Below are positions 37,505 to 50,053 of a stretch of 64,000 bases of DNA, piece by piece; the stretch's first letter is position 1, and the number at the start of each line of letters is the position of its first letter. Location of the stretch: contig NC_042999.1 of assembly GCF_006345805.1 (NCBI RefSeq), positions 150,784,001 through 150,848,000 of the forward strand, in the 5' to 3' direction. The position numbers were made by a program, and so were the translations under genes. This DNA is from Octopus sinensis. Lineage: Eukaryota. The notes beneath the pieces were generated by a model that was given only the letters and a program-made list of their open reading frames with translations, was not told the DNA's origin and ran no database searches.

Positions 37505-38194
37505 CATACATATACACATACATACATATATATGACGAGCTTCTTTCAGTTTCCGTCTACCAAATCCAGAAGACTTTGGTTGGCCCAAGGCTATGATAGA
37601 TGACATTTGCCCAAGGTGCCATGCAGTGGGACCGAACCCGGAACCATGTGGTTCGTAAGCAAGCTACTTACCACACAGCCATTCCTACATTGTCATTTCG
37701 TTTTTTGTCAAATAATTATTCCATCACATTGTTGCAACTACTTCAGTGACACGTCTCTCTCTACTTCCATTTCTTTTGAACCTATGTTCCAACATTGGGA
37801 TTCATCCAAGAACTGTCCGAGATGAGTATGTGAGTGTGTGTATATCTGCATGTGTGTGTGTTTTTACATAAGTGTGTGCATCTGTGTGTGTGTGTTTTAA
37901 ATACTGACTATGTCATTTTTCATATACATAAGATAGCAGTTTTGGTTTTCTCTTTGTTTTCTTTGCAAACACACACATTCATCCATATAAAAGCTGATCG
38001 ATAAATTGATTAATGGAGTAACTAACCCATTAACTAACAATAACAATAAAGGACAGAACCAGCGTGTGTGTTTATCATTACTGGCATAACGCCCCTCCCA
38101 AGGTTCAATAGTATTTCTTTCAACACAGAAATTCACATCAAGAATCTTGCAAATCAAATACAAATACAAACTTACTTTTATCTCAAAATCTGTT

Positions 38195-38590
38195 ATTATT
38201 GTGGGTGTTGACATTGTTATTGAGTGTGGCTGATGCCAGCGCCGCCTCGACTGGCTTCCGTGTCGGTGGCACGTAAAAAGCACCATCCGAATCGTGGCCG
38301 AAGCCAGTGCCGCCTCGACTGGCTTCCGTGCAGGTGGCACATAAAATGCACCAATCCGACCGTGGCCGATGCCAGCCTCGCCTGGCTCCAGTGCAGGTGG
38401 CATGTAAAAAGCACCCACTACACTCACGGAGTGGTTGGCGTTAGGAAGGGCATCCAGCTGTAGAAACATTGCCAGATAAGACTGGAGCCTGGTGCAGCCT
38501 TCTGGCTTCCCAGATCCCCGGTCGAACCGTCCAACCCATGCTAGCATGGAGAACGGACGTTAAACGATGATGATGATGATGATGATGATG
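38195..38590 (+). mobile_element. RTE LINE 3' end, well preserved
   Basis: Consensus 3' UTR with CpGs retained and a long (GAT)n tail. Confidence 0.85.
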
Positions 38591-39038
38591 AATCTGAATG
38601 AAATTTTTTAATTATATTTTTTTTCCCTTCCTTATTTTTCAAATGTATTAATTTATATTCATATGCAATGTATATGCAGTTGTATTTATACTACAAATTA
38701 TATTTTAGTACTACCTGATTGGCATGCTATATTTTACAATGTGTCCTTTATTGTTTAACATAATAGTGTGTGATTTGATGAAGGTTTAGCTAATATTTTT
38801 GGTAAGTTGAGCAATGGCTTGTATTCATGTGCCAAAGCTATGACAAAAGCAATAAGCTGTTTGACACTCTGATTTCCTGGTTTGATGCACACTAGCTTAG
38901 ATGGCAGATGACAATGATGATGACGATGATGATGATGACATCAGTGACAACGACAACAATGATGATAATGATAACTACGATGCTGCTGCTGTTGTTGTTG
39001 TTAAGCAGCAAGACGGATAAGGGTGATTAGGTGATGGT

Positions 39039-39243
39039 CTAGGGCTTAGGGGCGGCAGACCCCAGACCTTGGAAAAAAAACAACTTTGGTCGTCTTGTTG
39101 TAGTCGAGGGCTCTTTGTTGATACCCGACACCGCTGGGAGGTGGCCCTCGAAGTTGCTGGAAATGGAGATCTCCAGGTCCAAATTCGTGAACGGCTGCTG
39201 TTGATGCTGATGATTGCTACCATGACATTTTTTAAAGACATTT
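39039..39243 (-). CDS. Candidate host exon, reading frame unresolved
   Basis: GC/CpG-rich unique island; branch-point-like TTCTAAC about 26 nt upstream of TTTTTAAG| (exon start 39243); several frames open. No recognised homology. Confidence 0.25.
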
Positions 39244-40584
39244 CTTAAAAATGAATGAATTTCAGTTGTTAGAATAACAGAGAATGAAAACAAAAAAGTT
39301 CCTTTGAACTTCAATAATATATTTTGTATTTATAAAATATTACAACATATTATTTGTTTTTATTATTCGAATATATTTTTCTTACATTATTTCTATTGAA
39401 TTTACCTTCTGTTTTTTTTTTTTATGGTTTTGATGTTACCACATTTATAAAAGGAAATTTTAATACATTCTCTCTGATAACAAATACAAACATGTATTTT
39501 ATACTTCTATTCCCAGATTATAAAAAAAGACAAAACCAAACAAATAACCCCCAGAACATTAACAGATGATTTGCTAAATTGATAACCATAACAATTTCTT
39601 TGTCATACCGAATAGAGTTTCATTGAATTTTAATGAATGAATAAGGGTGTACAAACACTCAATGGGATTGTAGAATTGTTTGTAAATGATTTTCTCATAC
39701 AATAGTTAATAGTGTTCAACTAATCTAGTTGAAAATGTGACATTTATGGAATCTGATATGGATTAGCATGATAGAATCTTGCTCAACAATTTTATAAACC
39801 ATTCATTATTGTTTCAAAATTTACCACTGACATTAGCCAGGCATCCTGGTCATTTATCAGCATTTAACATATATGTACGTGTGTGTGTGTTTGTGTGTGT
39901 GTATGTGTGTGTGTTTGTTTGTGTGTATGTGTGTGTGAGAGAGAGAAAGAGAAAGAGTATTATTTTCTTATTGTTGATAGTATATTGCACATGCTAATGT
40001 GTGTACAGCTGCTTGTAAGTGAAGGCCCGTGAGAGGAATTTTGTTAGGAGGTACAGAGTTTCTCTTGGGCCTATTTCCTTCGTGTGATTGCTAGTTTTCA
40101 ATATATGCAAATATTTTCCACAGTCCTGGTAGGTGCTTGCTTTGCAATCCCATGGCTTTCGGTTCAATCCCACATTGGGTAACAGTCTTCTACTATGGCC
40201 CTTACCTTGTGAGTGAATTTCTTAGATGGAAAATAAAAGTAGTACATGTGTGTGCTTGTTCACCACTTGACAGTCATTTGCGTTTTGTTTACATCCCCAT
40301 AACTTAGCAGTTTGGCAAAAGAGACCAACAGAGTATATTCCAAACTTAGAATAAAGTACCGGAATTGATTTGACCAACAAAACTCTTTAAGATATTGCTC
40401 AAGCATGACCACAGTGTGTGTTTTTAATTTATTTACAGCAGTAGGATTTGGGTGTTGTTTCTAACAGGTCAGAGCTCTATGTAAACACATCCTTGGTGTT
40501 TATCTATGCTAGTGATGCAGTGGTTACAGCATCGGTTTTACAATAGTGAAGTTGTGAGTTCAGTTCCCAGACTGGGGTGTGTGA

Positions 40585-40693
40585 AATAAAGTGTCTTGCT
40601 CAAGAACACAACATGCAGCCCGGTCCAGGATTCGAACTCACAACCTCACGGTCATAAGCTCGATGCTCAAACCACTGAGCCATGCGCCTTCAC
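40585..40693 (-). mobile_element. SINE family B head
   Basis: GTGAAGGCGCATGGCTCAGTGG...GAGTTCGAATCC, nearly identical to the 17641 head. Confidence 0.75.
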
Positions 40694-43415
40694 TACCCCA
40701 ACATACACTTATCTGACCCAAGCATGGAAGAGCAGATATTAAGACAATGATAATGATGTTGATGTATATGTAAGTGTGTATGTGTTTAATTTAGTGTTAT
40801 TTTGACTAAGAGAGCACAAAAGTTAACCAATGTTTAGAACTCCATGTGAATATTTGTATATCCAAATTTCAGTTGAGTATTGAACTTTATTTGTCCTTTG
40901 ACTTTTGCTTAGTATCAAACACATTTGAATAATTTACAGAATCTATTGTCCAAGAGGAGAGTTAAACAGGGTAAATTTCTAGGTGCAATCCCATGGTCAG
41001 TCATGACTAAAGGGGGTCAAATGTTGGGGTAGAGTTTTCTGCAGCTGGATGTCCTTCAACCAACTATATATCAGGCTTAAAGTTACAGTCTGATTTTTGG
41101 CAAGTTAGCCAAAACTTCAGAGTCACTATGTTATTTGTATACTGTTTGACTGTGTAGTACATAGTATGGCTATGTTGTACACTAAGTCTGACCAGTTATA
41201 CTCTGTTTGACCATTGTTGTATACACTTTATGTTTGTTGTACATTGTTTGACCATATTGGATACTGTTTGACTATATTTTGTACTGTACGTTTGAGGGTG
41301 TTGTTTTCACTGTGTTTGGTTTTGTTGTACTCCATGTTCTGCTCAGTGTGTCTGGACATCTTGTACACTATTTTAGACCATGTTGGGCAGTGTACATTTA
41401 TTGACATTTCCTATCAACAAAACATACTTTATCTGTGTGTTTTCAGATATTTCTGGAATAAATAAAAAAAAGATCCATCTACCTAAGCCAAGCTGTCATG
41501 TAAAAATAGGGATTAAACAAAACAGAGGTATGTTTGACCATGTTGTACATTGTGTATTTGACCATACTGTACACTGACTATACTGTACTCTTTAACCATT
41601 TACACTGTATGTTTCGCTGAGAATAGCAGTTTTTGCATCATATGTGTATTTTGTTATCTAGTTTGTTCTTAAAAATTTTAAGTCTTTGGTAGTGGCCACA
41701 GCAGAGATAGGTAGTAGTCATTTTGGGTTGTATGTAAATTTCGAGATGTATTCTAATTTAGTGTAAGTTTTGTCATTGTACTTTAATTAATTGGATGTTA
41801 TAGTACATTTTTATTAATTTCTGATAAGTATTCTAATTGTCCAATCAATGAAACAGTTTATTCATTAAATTAGCACGCCATATAAGTGGCTGAGTACCCC
41901 ACAGAAATGTGTACCTTTAATGTAATTCCCAGGCAGAACCAATATAATAGAAATAAAACTGACCCTGGGAATTACAAGTACAATCCATATGACAGGCTTC
42001 CACACAGTTTCCATCTAACTTAATTTCACTCATAAGGCTTCAGTTGGCATGTGAGTTAAAGTAAAAGAGATTGGCCCAAGATGATGGAGAATGGGATCAA
42101 ACCAAAGACAACAGGATTGTGAAATAAGCTTCTTAACTGGTTGGCCAGTCCTGCGACCATGCTGAAGACCATGTTAATCTCTGAATCTGTAGCTCCCAAA
42201 AGGTCATTCCAATTGACCTTTTCTTTCCGTCTTAATTTCAGTTTAGTCATTAACGAACATATCCAGTCTAATTGTATTTTTAAACGTTTGTGTTTTCACC
42301 TCTATTTTAATCTAAAGTTCAATCATTCCTATTTATTTATTTCATTTTGTTTTTTGTTTTTTATTTCTTTTGCCTAAAAATGTTGGTTTACTTCTTCAAA
42401 TGTCATGGGTTCATATTCTTCCTCTGGCATTCGATTGTGCCCTTAGACCAACAACAGTGATTACTCTGTTTAACTCTGTCAAACTGACTGTAAAATAGAT
42501 GTGACACTTACCTACCTATCACTCCATCTTCGTGGCTATATCTATATATGTTTATATATTTACATATTGGTGTTTTAAACAGCATTCAACTGTTAAATAC
42601 TTGCTCCAATGCCTTTTGGCAACTTTCAATATTGCAGACCCATCAAGCCCATGTTAACAAGAAAGTGAGGGGAAAATGCAATAAAAAATTGACCTGTAAT
42701 GATCTCACAATTTATTTCTTATGGTAAATAACACTGTTTCAGTTGCATATACCATTTTTTTTATTCACCCTGCCAGCTTTCTACAATATCAGTGACTATT
42801 ATTCATTGTTACCTATATGCTAAAAAGAACAGATTTCATCACAGCATATAACTAGTGGCTACACCTCATTAATAAGGCTCAAAGAAGCCAAAGTGTGAAC
42901 AACTGCTGGGATGATGTTTGTCTCACATTAATATATACTGTTTTTAAATCAACTTGTTATGAAGAGTATTTTCCTGTCAGACAGAAACCATGGCATCGTG
43001 CCTGTTCAACGATGTATATTTGTTAAGTAGAATACATAAAGATTTTATGTGTGTATCTACATATATACATACAATCTGCATCTATGTATTATATTTAGCA
43101 TATATATATACTGTTGACAGGCATGATTCCAATTTTATTTTTCTGAGATAAAAATTCTTCATGGACATGATGAGTTAAAGCAGCATGTATATTGGAACAA
43201 GATGAACATCAACCCAGCAGTGACCCGCAAGAATGCTAGATGATAAAAAAAAAAACTTAAATAAAAAGATAATGCTTGAGTAACCATGTATTCAATCCTT
43301 TAATATTCAGATTAAACTATCAAATGTAATTCTTATTTATTCATTGTTTTGAATTAATCATGCATTATCTCAGCTTCTGGTCAGTTTGAACATAAAACAG
43401 AAAATTTAGGCCAGA

Positions 43416-44200
43416 TATCATCATCATCATCGTTTAATGTCCGTTTTCTGCGCTAGCACGGGTTGGACAGTTCAACCAGGGTCTGGGAAGCCAGGAGGCT
43501 GCACCAGGCTCCAGTCTGATCTGGCAGTGTTTCTACAGCTGGATGCCCTTCATAACGCCAACCACTCCGCGAGTGTAGTGGGTGCTTTTTACGTGCCACC
43601 GGCACAGGTGCCAGGGGAGTCTGGCAGTGACCACGATCAGTTGGTGCTTTTAACGTGCCACCGGCACAGAAGCCAGTCAAGGCGGCGCTGGCATCGGCCA
43701 CGCTCGGATGGTGCTTTTTACGTGCCACTGGCACAGATGCCAGTCGAGGCGGCGCTGGCATTGGCCACGTTCGGATGGTGCTTTTTATGTGCCACCGGCA
43801 CAGGAATCACAACTACTATTTCCATTAATATTTATTTCGATGTTCATGTACTTGACTCAATAGGTCTCCTCAAGCACAGCGGGTTGTTCTGAAATCCAAG
43901 GTACTTTGAATGGGCAGGGGCTATGTGGAACTGGTGCAGGAAGCAGCCCGGGTCTTTGCAGTTACAGCATATCTCCAGAGATCTCGGTCCTTCGTCATTG
44001 CCTCTGTGAGGCCCAACGCTCTGAGGTCATGCTTGACTACCTCATCCCATGTCTTCCTGGGTCTACCTCTTCCCCTGATACCTTCAACTGTTTGGGAGCG
44101 GCACTTCTTCACACATCTCTCCTCATCCATCCGCAGTACATGATTATACCATCGCAAGCGTCCCTCTTGCACACCACATCTGATGCTCTTTTGTCCATAT
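43416..44200 (-). mobile_element. RTE LINE 3' fragment (C-terminal ORF2, 3' UTR, (GAT)n tail) nested in a P1 MITE (43296-43415 and 44201-44222)
   Basis: MQEGRLRWYNHVLRMDEERCVKK...GRGRPRKTWDEVVKHDL...DRDLWR is the canonical RTE C-terminus; the MITE right TIR AATGCTAAAGGG|TTAA resumes after it. Confidence 0.9.
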
Positions 44201-44357
44201 GTCCACTTTAAATGCTAAAGGGTTAATGGGACATATAATATGTATGTATATATATATATATATATTTTCTTTCTTCTGTGTCATATAGTTTCTTGGATTC
44301 TGTAGTATATATGCTCCCCACTGGATGGGATGCCAGTCCATTGCAGGATTATAGTAG

Positions 44358-44720
44358 ACAAAAACTATCTTCCCAGTTTGCCTTCCTTTGATATTACTGC
44401 ACCTCTTATGTGTCCATAGCTTACACTGGGTACATCTTATAGAGTTTCTACCTACGCCTCTACTACAGATCGAGCAGGGCCATCTACCTGCAGGGATTTG
44501 TGGTGTGCCTGCCTTCCTACTTATTAGGACTTTGGTTTTAACTAGGTTGATTCTAAGGCCCTTCGATTCTAATCCTTGTTTCCACACTTGAAACTTCTCC
44601 TCTAGTTCTGATAGTGACTCAGCAATTAGAGCAAGGTATCCTGTCTTGAATTCCTCCATTATTGCCTGGAGGACTATGATAAATAGGAGGGGGCTGAGGA
44701 CTGAACCCTGCTGGACCACA
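44358..44720 (-). pseudogene. RTE LINE reverse transcriptase fragment with Cys-rich (PHD-like) insert; YADD region deleted
   Basis: QGSVLSPLLFIIVL (RT motif B), then GLRINLVKTKVL and WPCSICSRGVGRNSIRCTQCKLWTHKRCS; no YADD between KTG and LALIAES. Confidence 0.85.
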
Positions 44721-45746
44721 ACCTCTACTTAAATTTATATATATGTATAATTTTATTTAATTTATATTAAAATTGTTTTATGTATTGGATTAAGTCTTTC
44801 TTTGTTTGATTTGCAAAATAGTGGTTTTGTCTCTAATTAATATTATATAATATTTTACTATAAAATTGGATTCAATCCTAAATCTGATTTTCCCTGTAAA
44901 TTTGGATTTATTCCCTAATATTTATTATTATATATATATACATCTATATATATGAAACTCGTGTTTCAACTATAACAATAATTTTTGGCATAAGATTATG
45001 CAGACAGGTTCTAATTTAAATAAAACCAGTTTGAAGCAGACAATTCTGTATCACAGAAAACCTCAGGCAACTCAGTGTAAAAAAAAATCAAACAGAAATT
45101 AGAAATAGCAAATGGGAGCAGTGCTATAGTACAGCTCTACAATATCATTAACACAATTTTAAATGTTACTTTCTGATCAACATTAAGGTATTGAATTTTC
45201 AGGGTTTTTATTTTTTAAAATTTAAATTGTATTTTACATTTTCTACCAGGTTGATATTGTCAACTTCTACACAATACTCTTACCATACTAGTCAAAATCT
45301 TTGTACTTCATTAGTGTAAACGATAATTATGTGATCCAGATAATGATTTGCCTGGTTATGTAATGATTAAACATAGCTACTGCCACCCACCCATCTACTT
45401 GTTTTCAACCACCCCACTGTGTCTCATACATACCCATCATTTTTCAACAAATGTCAACTCCAGTAGCAAACGGCATTAGGTGTCTATTAGGAATCTACTA
45501 ATGATACGATTAAGGTCAAGTTTGGTGTGCTAATATACTTAGAGAATTGTTTAATTATACTGTGTGTGTGTATATGAGTACATGTGTGTCTGTATGTGTG
45601 TTTGTGTCTGCACTCTCTCTCTCTCTCTCTGTCTTTCTCTTACACATGCACACACACACACACACAAATGGATAAAAATGTAAGCTGTGAATATTCATGT
45701 GTGTGCTAAGTGCATATATACCAATATGTGTATGTCTGTGTCTATC

Positions 45747-45817
<71 letters not shown>

Positions 45818-45985
45818 CAGTAATGTTTATCACCACTTCATCATGGCTGTTCTGTAGGAACCGACGTCACTACCATGTTAAACCCCAGGAGGCAGCCTCC
45901 TCTGGCTGGTTATCAACGCAATCTGCACCTGAGTTATATTGCAAGCAGGGGAGCAAACCACTACCATCTCCTAGCTGCTTAGCTT

Positions 45986-46034
<49 letters not shown>

Positions 46035-46622
46035 CATAGTCATCTTCATCACTTAACTCCTATTTTCCATGATGGTATGATTTAGATGATTTGATAGGAT
46101 CTGGCAAGCAGCAGATTTGCACTGAGCTCCAAAGTCAGCTTTGACATGTGTGTGATAGAGAAACCACGCCTGGATTGTCCTTGATAATAACTTTCCTTGA
46201 ATGCAGTGGAATCAGGGCCAAATAACAGCAACAAACATTCATCAGTTTCATAAATTTGGGTTTTTTTTTGTTTTTGTTTTTGCCAAACAATATTTCTCTT
46301 ACCTGTGGCTGGCCATGCTGGGGCATCACTTTGAAGAATTCTAGTCGAATAAATTGACCGCAGTACTTATTTTGTTATGTCTGGTATTTATTGTGTCCAT
46401 CTCTTTTGCCAAACTGCTCAGTTATAGGGTTATAAGCACACCAACACTGGTTGTCAAGCAGTGGTAGGGGACAGACACAGAAACAAAGACTCCCCCCATA
46501 TATAATATATTCATATATGTGTATGTGTGTGCTTGTATATAAGTAAATATGAGAGTGATAATACTATTAAAATACCATCACTAGTGGCAGTGAATACCAG
46601 CCATATAGGCAAAATTAATAAA

Positions 46623-46653
<31 letters not shown>

Positions 46654-46664
46654 TATAAAATATA

Positions 46665-47090
46665 CATCATCATCGTTTAATGTCTGCTTTCCATACTGGC
46701 ATGGGTTGGATGGGTTGACTGAGGACTGGCAAGCCAGTGGGCTGCACCAAGCTCCAATCTGATATGGCAAGGTTTCTACAACTGGATGCCATTCCTAATG
46801 CCAACCACTCCAAGAGTGTAGTGGGTGCCTTTTACATGCCACTGGCATGGAGGCCAATCAGTGGGCACTGGCATTAGCCTCGCTTAAATGGTGCTTTTAA
46901 CATGCCACCAGCATGGGAGCCAGTGAAGTGGCACTGGCATTGACCACGCTTGAATGGTGCTTTTTATGTTCCATTGGCATGGGAGCCAGTCAGGTGGCAC
47001 TGGCATTGGCCATGACAGCAATTTTACTTAACTCAATAGGTCTTCACAAGCATAGCACATTGCCCAATGATTGAAGGGAAGTCTTAAATC
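46665..47090 (-). mobile_element. RTE LINE 3' end, decayed
   Basis: Consensus 3' UTR. Confidence 0.75.
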
Positions 47091-47811
47091 AGCTAGTTAT
47101 GTGAAACTGGCATAGGCCATAGCTACTATCTCTCTTAGCTTGCCGGGTCAAACACAGCATATCTCATACACACACACACACACGCACACATGCACATATA
47201 TGTATGTGTATGACTGGCTTCTTTCACTTTCCATCTACCAAATCCACTCACAAGGCTTTAGTCAACCCAAGGTTATTGTGAAAGACACTTGCCCAAGGTA
47301 CATCACAATGGGGTTGAACCCACATGGTTGAGAAGGAAACTTCTTACCAAGCACTCATGCCTTTGCCTGTATGTTCAATTAGTATGTATATTTAATTAAG
47401 ATTACATATTCATTAGATATGCATTGTAGTAGCTTTCAACTTTAATGTGTGGTACAATATTGTGAGAGATAATGGTCTGTTAAGCTTATATCTCTATGTT
47501 ATGGTATGATGAAAGATTTCATTGAGTGAGCTTTTGTTCAGTGATGTATTTTTTAGATATTAATCTGAAGTGTTAATTGGGCTATTAATGTATACATAAC
47601 CCCCCCCCACACACACACACACGTATTTCTTTGTTTTGATTACTGAAGCAAAATATTGTCTAAAAATGCTATCAAATTACGGAAGTGTTTCATACGCATA
47701 CATGTGTGTGTGTATGTGTACATAATATGTATGTTTCAGTAGGCGTGTGTGTATATGTGCATATATATATATATGTATATGTGTGTGTATGTGTGTATAT
47801 ATGTGTGTATA

Positions 47812-47853
<42 letters not shown>

Positions 47854-49068
47854 TATGTGTGTGTATGTGTGTGTGTGTATATATGTGTGTATATATATAT
47901 ATGCATATGTATGTATGTGTGTATATATATATATATGCATATGCATGTATATGTATGTGTGTATATATATATATATGCATATGCATGTATATGTATGTGT
48001 GTGTATTTATATATATATATGTATACTTACATATATATATATATGTATGTAATGTATGTATGTAAGAAGAATGTAACATGAAAATGGAAAATAAAAGTGT
48101 AAGAAGAATGTAACATGAAAATGGAAAATAAAAGGCTCTATGGTTAGAAGCCCTTCCTAATGACAGCCGCATTACAGAATATACAGGGTGTTTTTTACTT
48201 GGCACCGGTACCAGTGCTTGACAACTGATGTTGGTGTGTTTATGTCAGCAAAAGAGACCGATAGAATAAGTACTAGGCTTACCAAGAATAAGTCCGGGGG
48301 CGATTTGTTCAACTAAAAAGGTGGTGCTCCAGCATGGTCGCAGTCATATGACTGAAACAAATAAAAGAATAAAAGTAAAAGAATAGATATTCTTTGTTGA
48401 ATTATGGGTTTTAATTGGTTAACTCTGATGACATCCTGTCCAACCTATGTCACAGAAACAAAGATAGCTCTGCTACATGTATTGAGTACATCTCTCATTT
48501 GTATAAACAAGTTGCATGTGTGTGTGTATGAGAAAGTATGTGTAAGAGATAGATTGAGGTGTGCTTCTAGTCTTATGAGAAGAACATAAAAAGTTGTGTG
48601 TTAGGCCACCAGTTTACTTAGAATCTTACTGCAAAAGAATGGTAAATCCTAACAGGCTTCTAACTCTGAAATTTGAAGAACCAAGCCACACATAGTAAAA
48701 CCTATAACATGTGAGTGTGCATGTGTGCACATGCATGCATGTTTTTTTGTGTACATGCATGTGTGCATGCATATGCATTAAATTTCTGACATCATCTACT
48801 GAAATGCCCTATAACCATGGTTTTCCTGCTTTAGTTATTACTAGCAATATCTGTTTCTTTATTGCCCACAAGGGGACAAACAAGGACAGACAAACGGATT
48901 AAGTCGATTACATCGACCCCAATGCGTAACTGGTACTTAATTTATCGACCCCGAAAGGCTGAAAGGCAAAGTCGACCTCGGCGGAATTTGAACTCAGAAC
49001 GCAATGACAGACGCAATACCGCTAAGCATTTCGCCCGGAGTGCTAACGTTTCTGCCAGCTGCCCGGCG

Positions 49069-49448
49069 TTGCTCGGGTTTGTAAGGGAAATAACTATATA
49101 AGCATTTTTAGAGATGTAAAGTATAATAGCCATCTCAATATGGCTAACCACAAAGGGGGGGTGGTGTTACTGTAGCTTTTTACGTTCTGAGATTTAATAA
49201 TAAATTTTTAGAGAGTTACTTCGCTTATATATGCCAAAAATGCATTAAAAATGGGAAAAATTGATAGTAATTGTTTTTTTAAATCGTAGACTCATCGTAG
49301 ATGCGTGCTAATACCCAGAAGGGCTCGATATGAATCACGACTATAAGATACCCGGTTTTGGTTAAACTGCACCGCAAAATGTGGGAGTAGTTAGGAATCT
49401 AAATCGTAGGAGACAGACAGCACGCAACCTCACTTTTATATATAAAGA
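49069..49448 (-). mobile_element. Non-autonomous Helitron (3' CTAG lost at the junction with SINE C)
   Basis: Reverse complement of 24557-24945; TC 5' end at 49448-49447; hairpin CCCGAGCAACGCCGGG retained. Confidence 0.8.
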
Positions 49449-49449
49449 T

Positions 49450-49791
49450 TACCTCCGCCTTAGTGAAGGCGGAGTTATTGTTTTCAGTGGTGTTTGTTTG
49501 TTTGTGCATGGACAAGATATCTCAAGAACTGCTGGATGGATTCAGATGAAACTTTCAGGGATGTTTTATCTCATAACTGGCACGAACTGATTAGATTTTG
49601 GGATCGATCCAGTACCAGACAAAGATTCTAGATTATTTTTCCTGTTATTTTTTGTTTTGTTTTTTTACATAATGTTTGAGAATGGTCAGGTTCATTTTTA
49701 GTATTCTTGTTTGTGAGAGCAGTCAAATTTATTTCGGATATTCTCATTTTGAAAATTTGGCAGAGGTTTGCGCTCTCTGAGTGCTCTTGTT
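49450..49791 (+). mobile_element. Helentron-associated (HINE/DINE-1-like) non-autonomous element
   Basis: 5' ACCTCCGCC..GGCGGAG inverted repeat; 3' GGCAGAGGT subterminal IR followed by a GCGCTC-TCT-GAGTGC hairpin and a T-rich end. Confidence 0.6.
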
Positions 49792-50011
49792 ATTATTAAC
49801 ACTGTGAGCTGGCAGAATTGTTAGCATGCCAGGAAAAATGCTTAGTGGCATTTCACCTGCCCTTATGTTCTGAGTTCAAATTCCACTGAGGTTGACTTTG
49901 CCTTTCATCCTTTCGGGGTCGATAAATTAAATACCAGTTGTATACTGGGGTCAATCTAATTTATTGGCCCCCTCCCGCCAAATTTCAGGCCTTGTTCCTA
50001 TAGTAGAAAGG

Positions 50012-50053
<42 letters not shown>

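Noticed and set aside
37897-38547. 216-aa minus-strand ORF
   Set aside because: Runs antisense through an RTE 3' UTR into unrelated flank; not a gene.
41130-41620. Degenerate TGTTTGACCATGTTGTACAC-like repeat
   Set aside because: Old decayed minisatellite with no further structure evident.
48061-48134. 37-bp perfect tandem duplication
   Set aside because: Ordinary slippage or assembly duplication next to a microsatellite.
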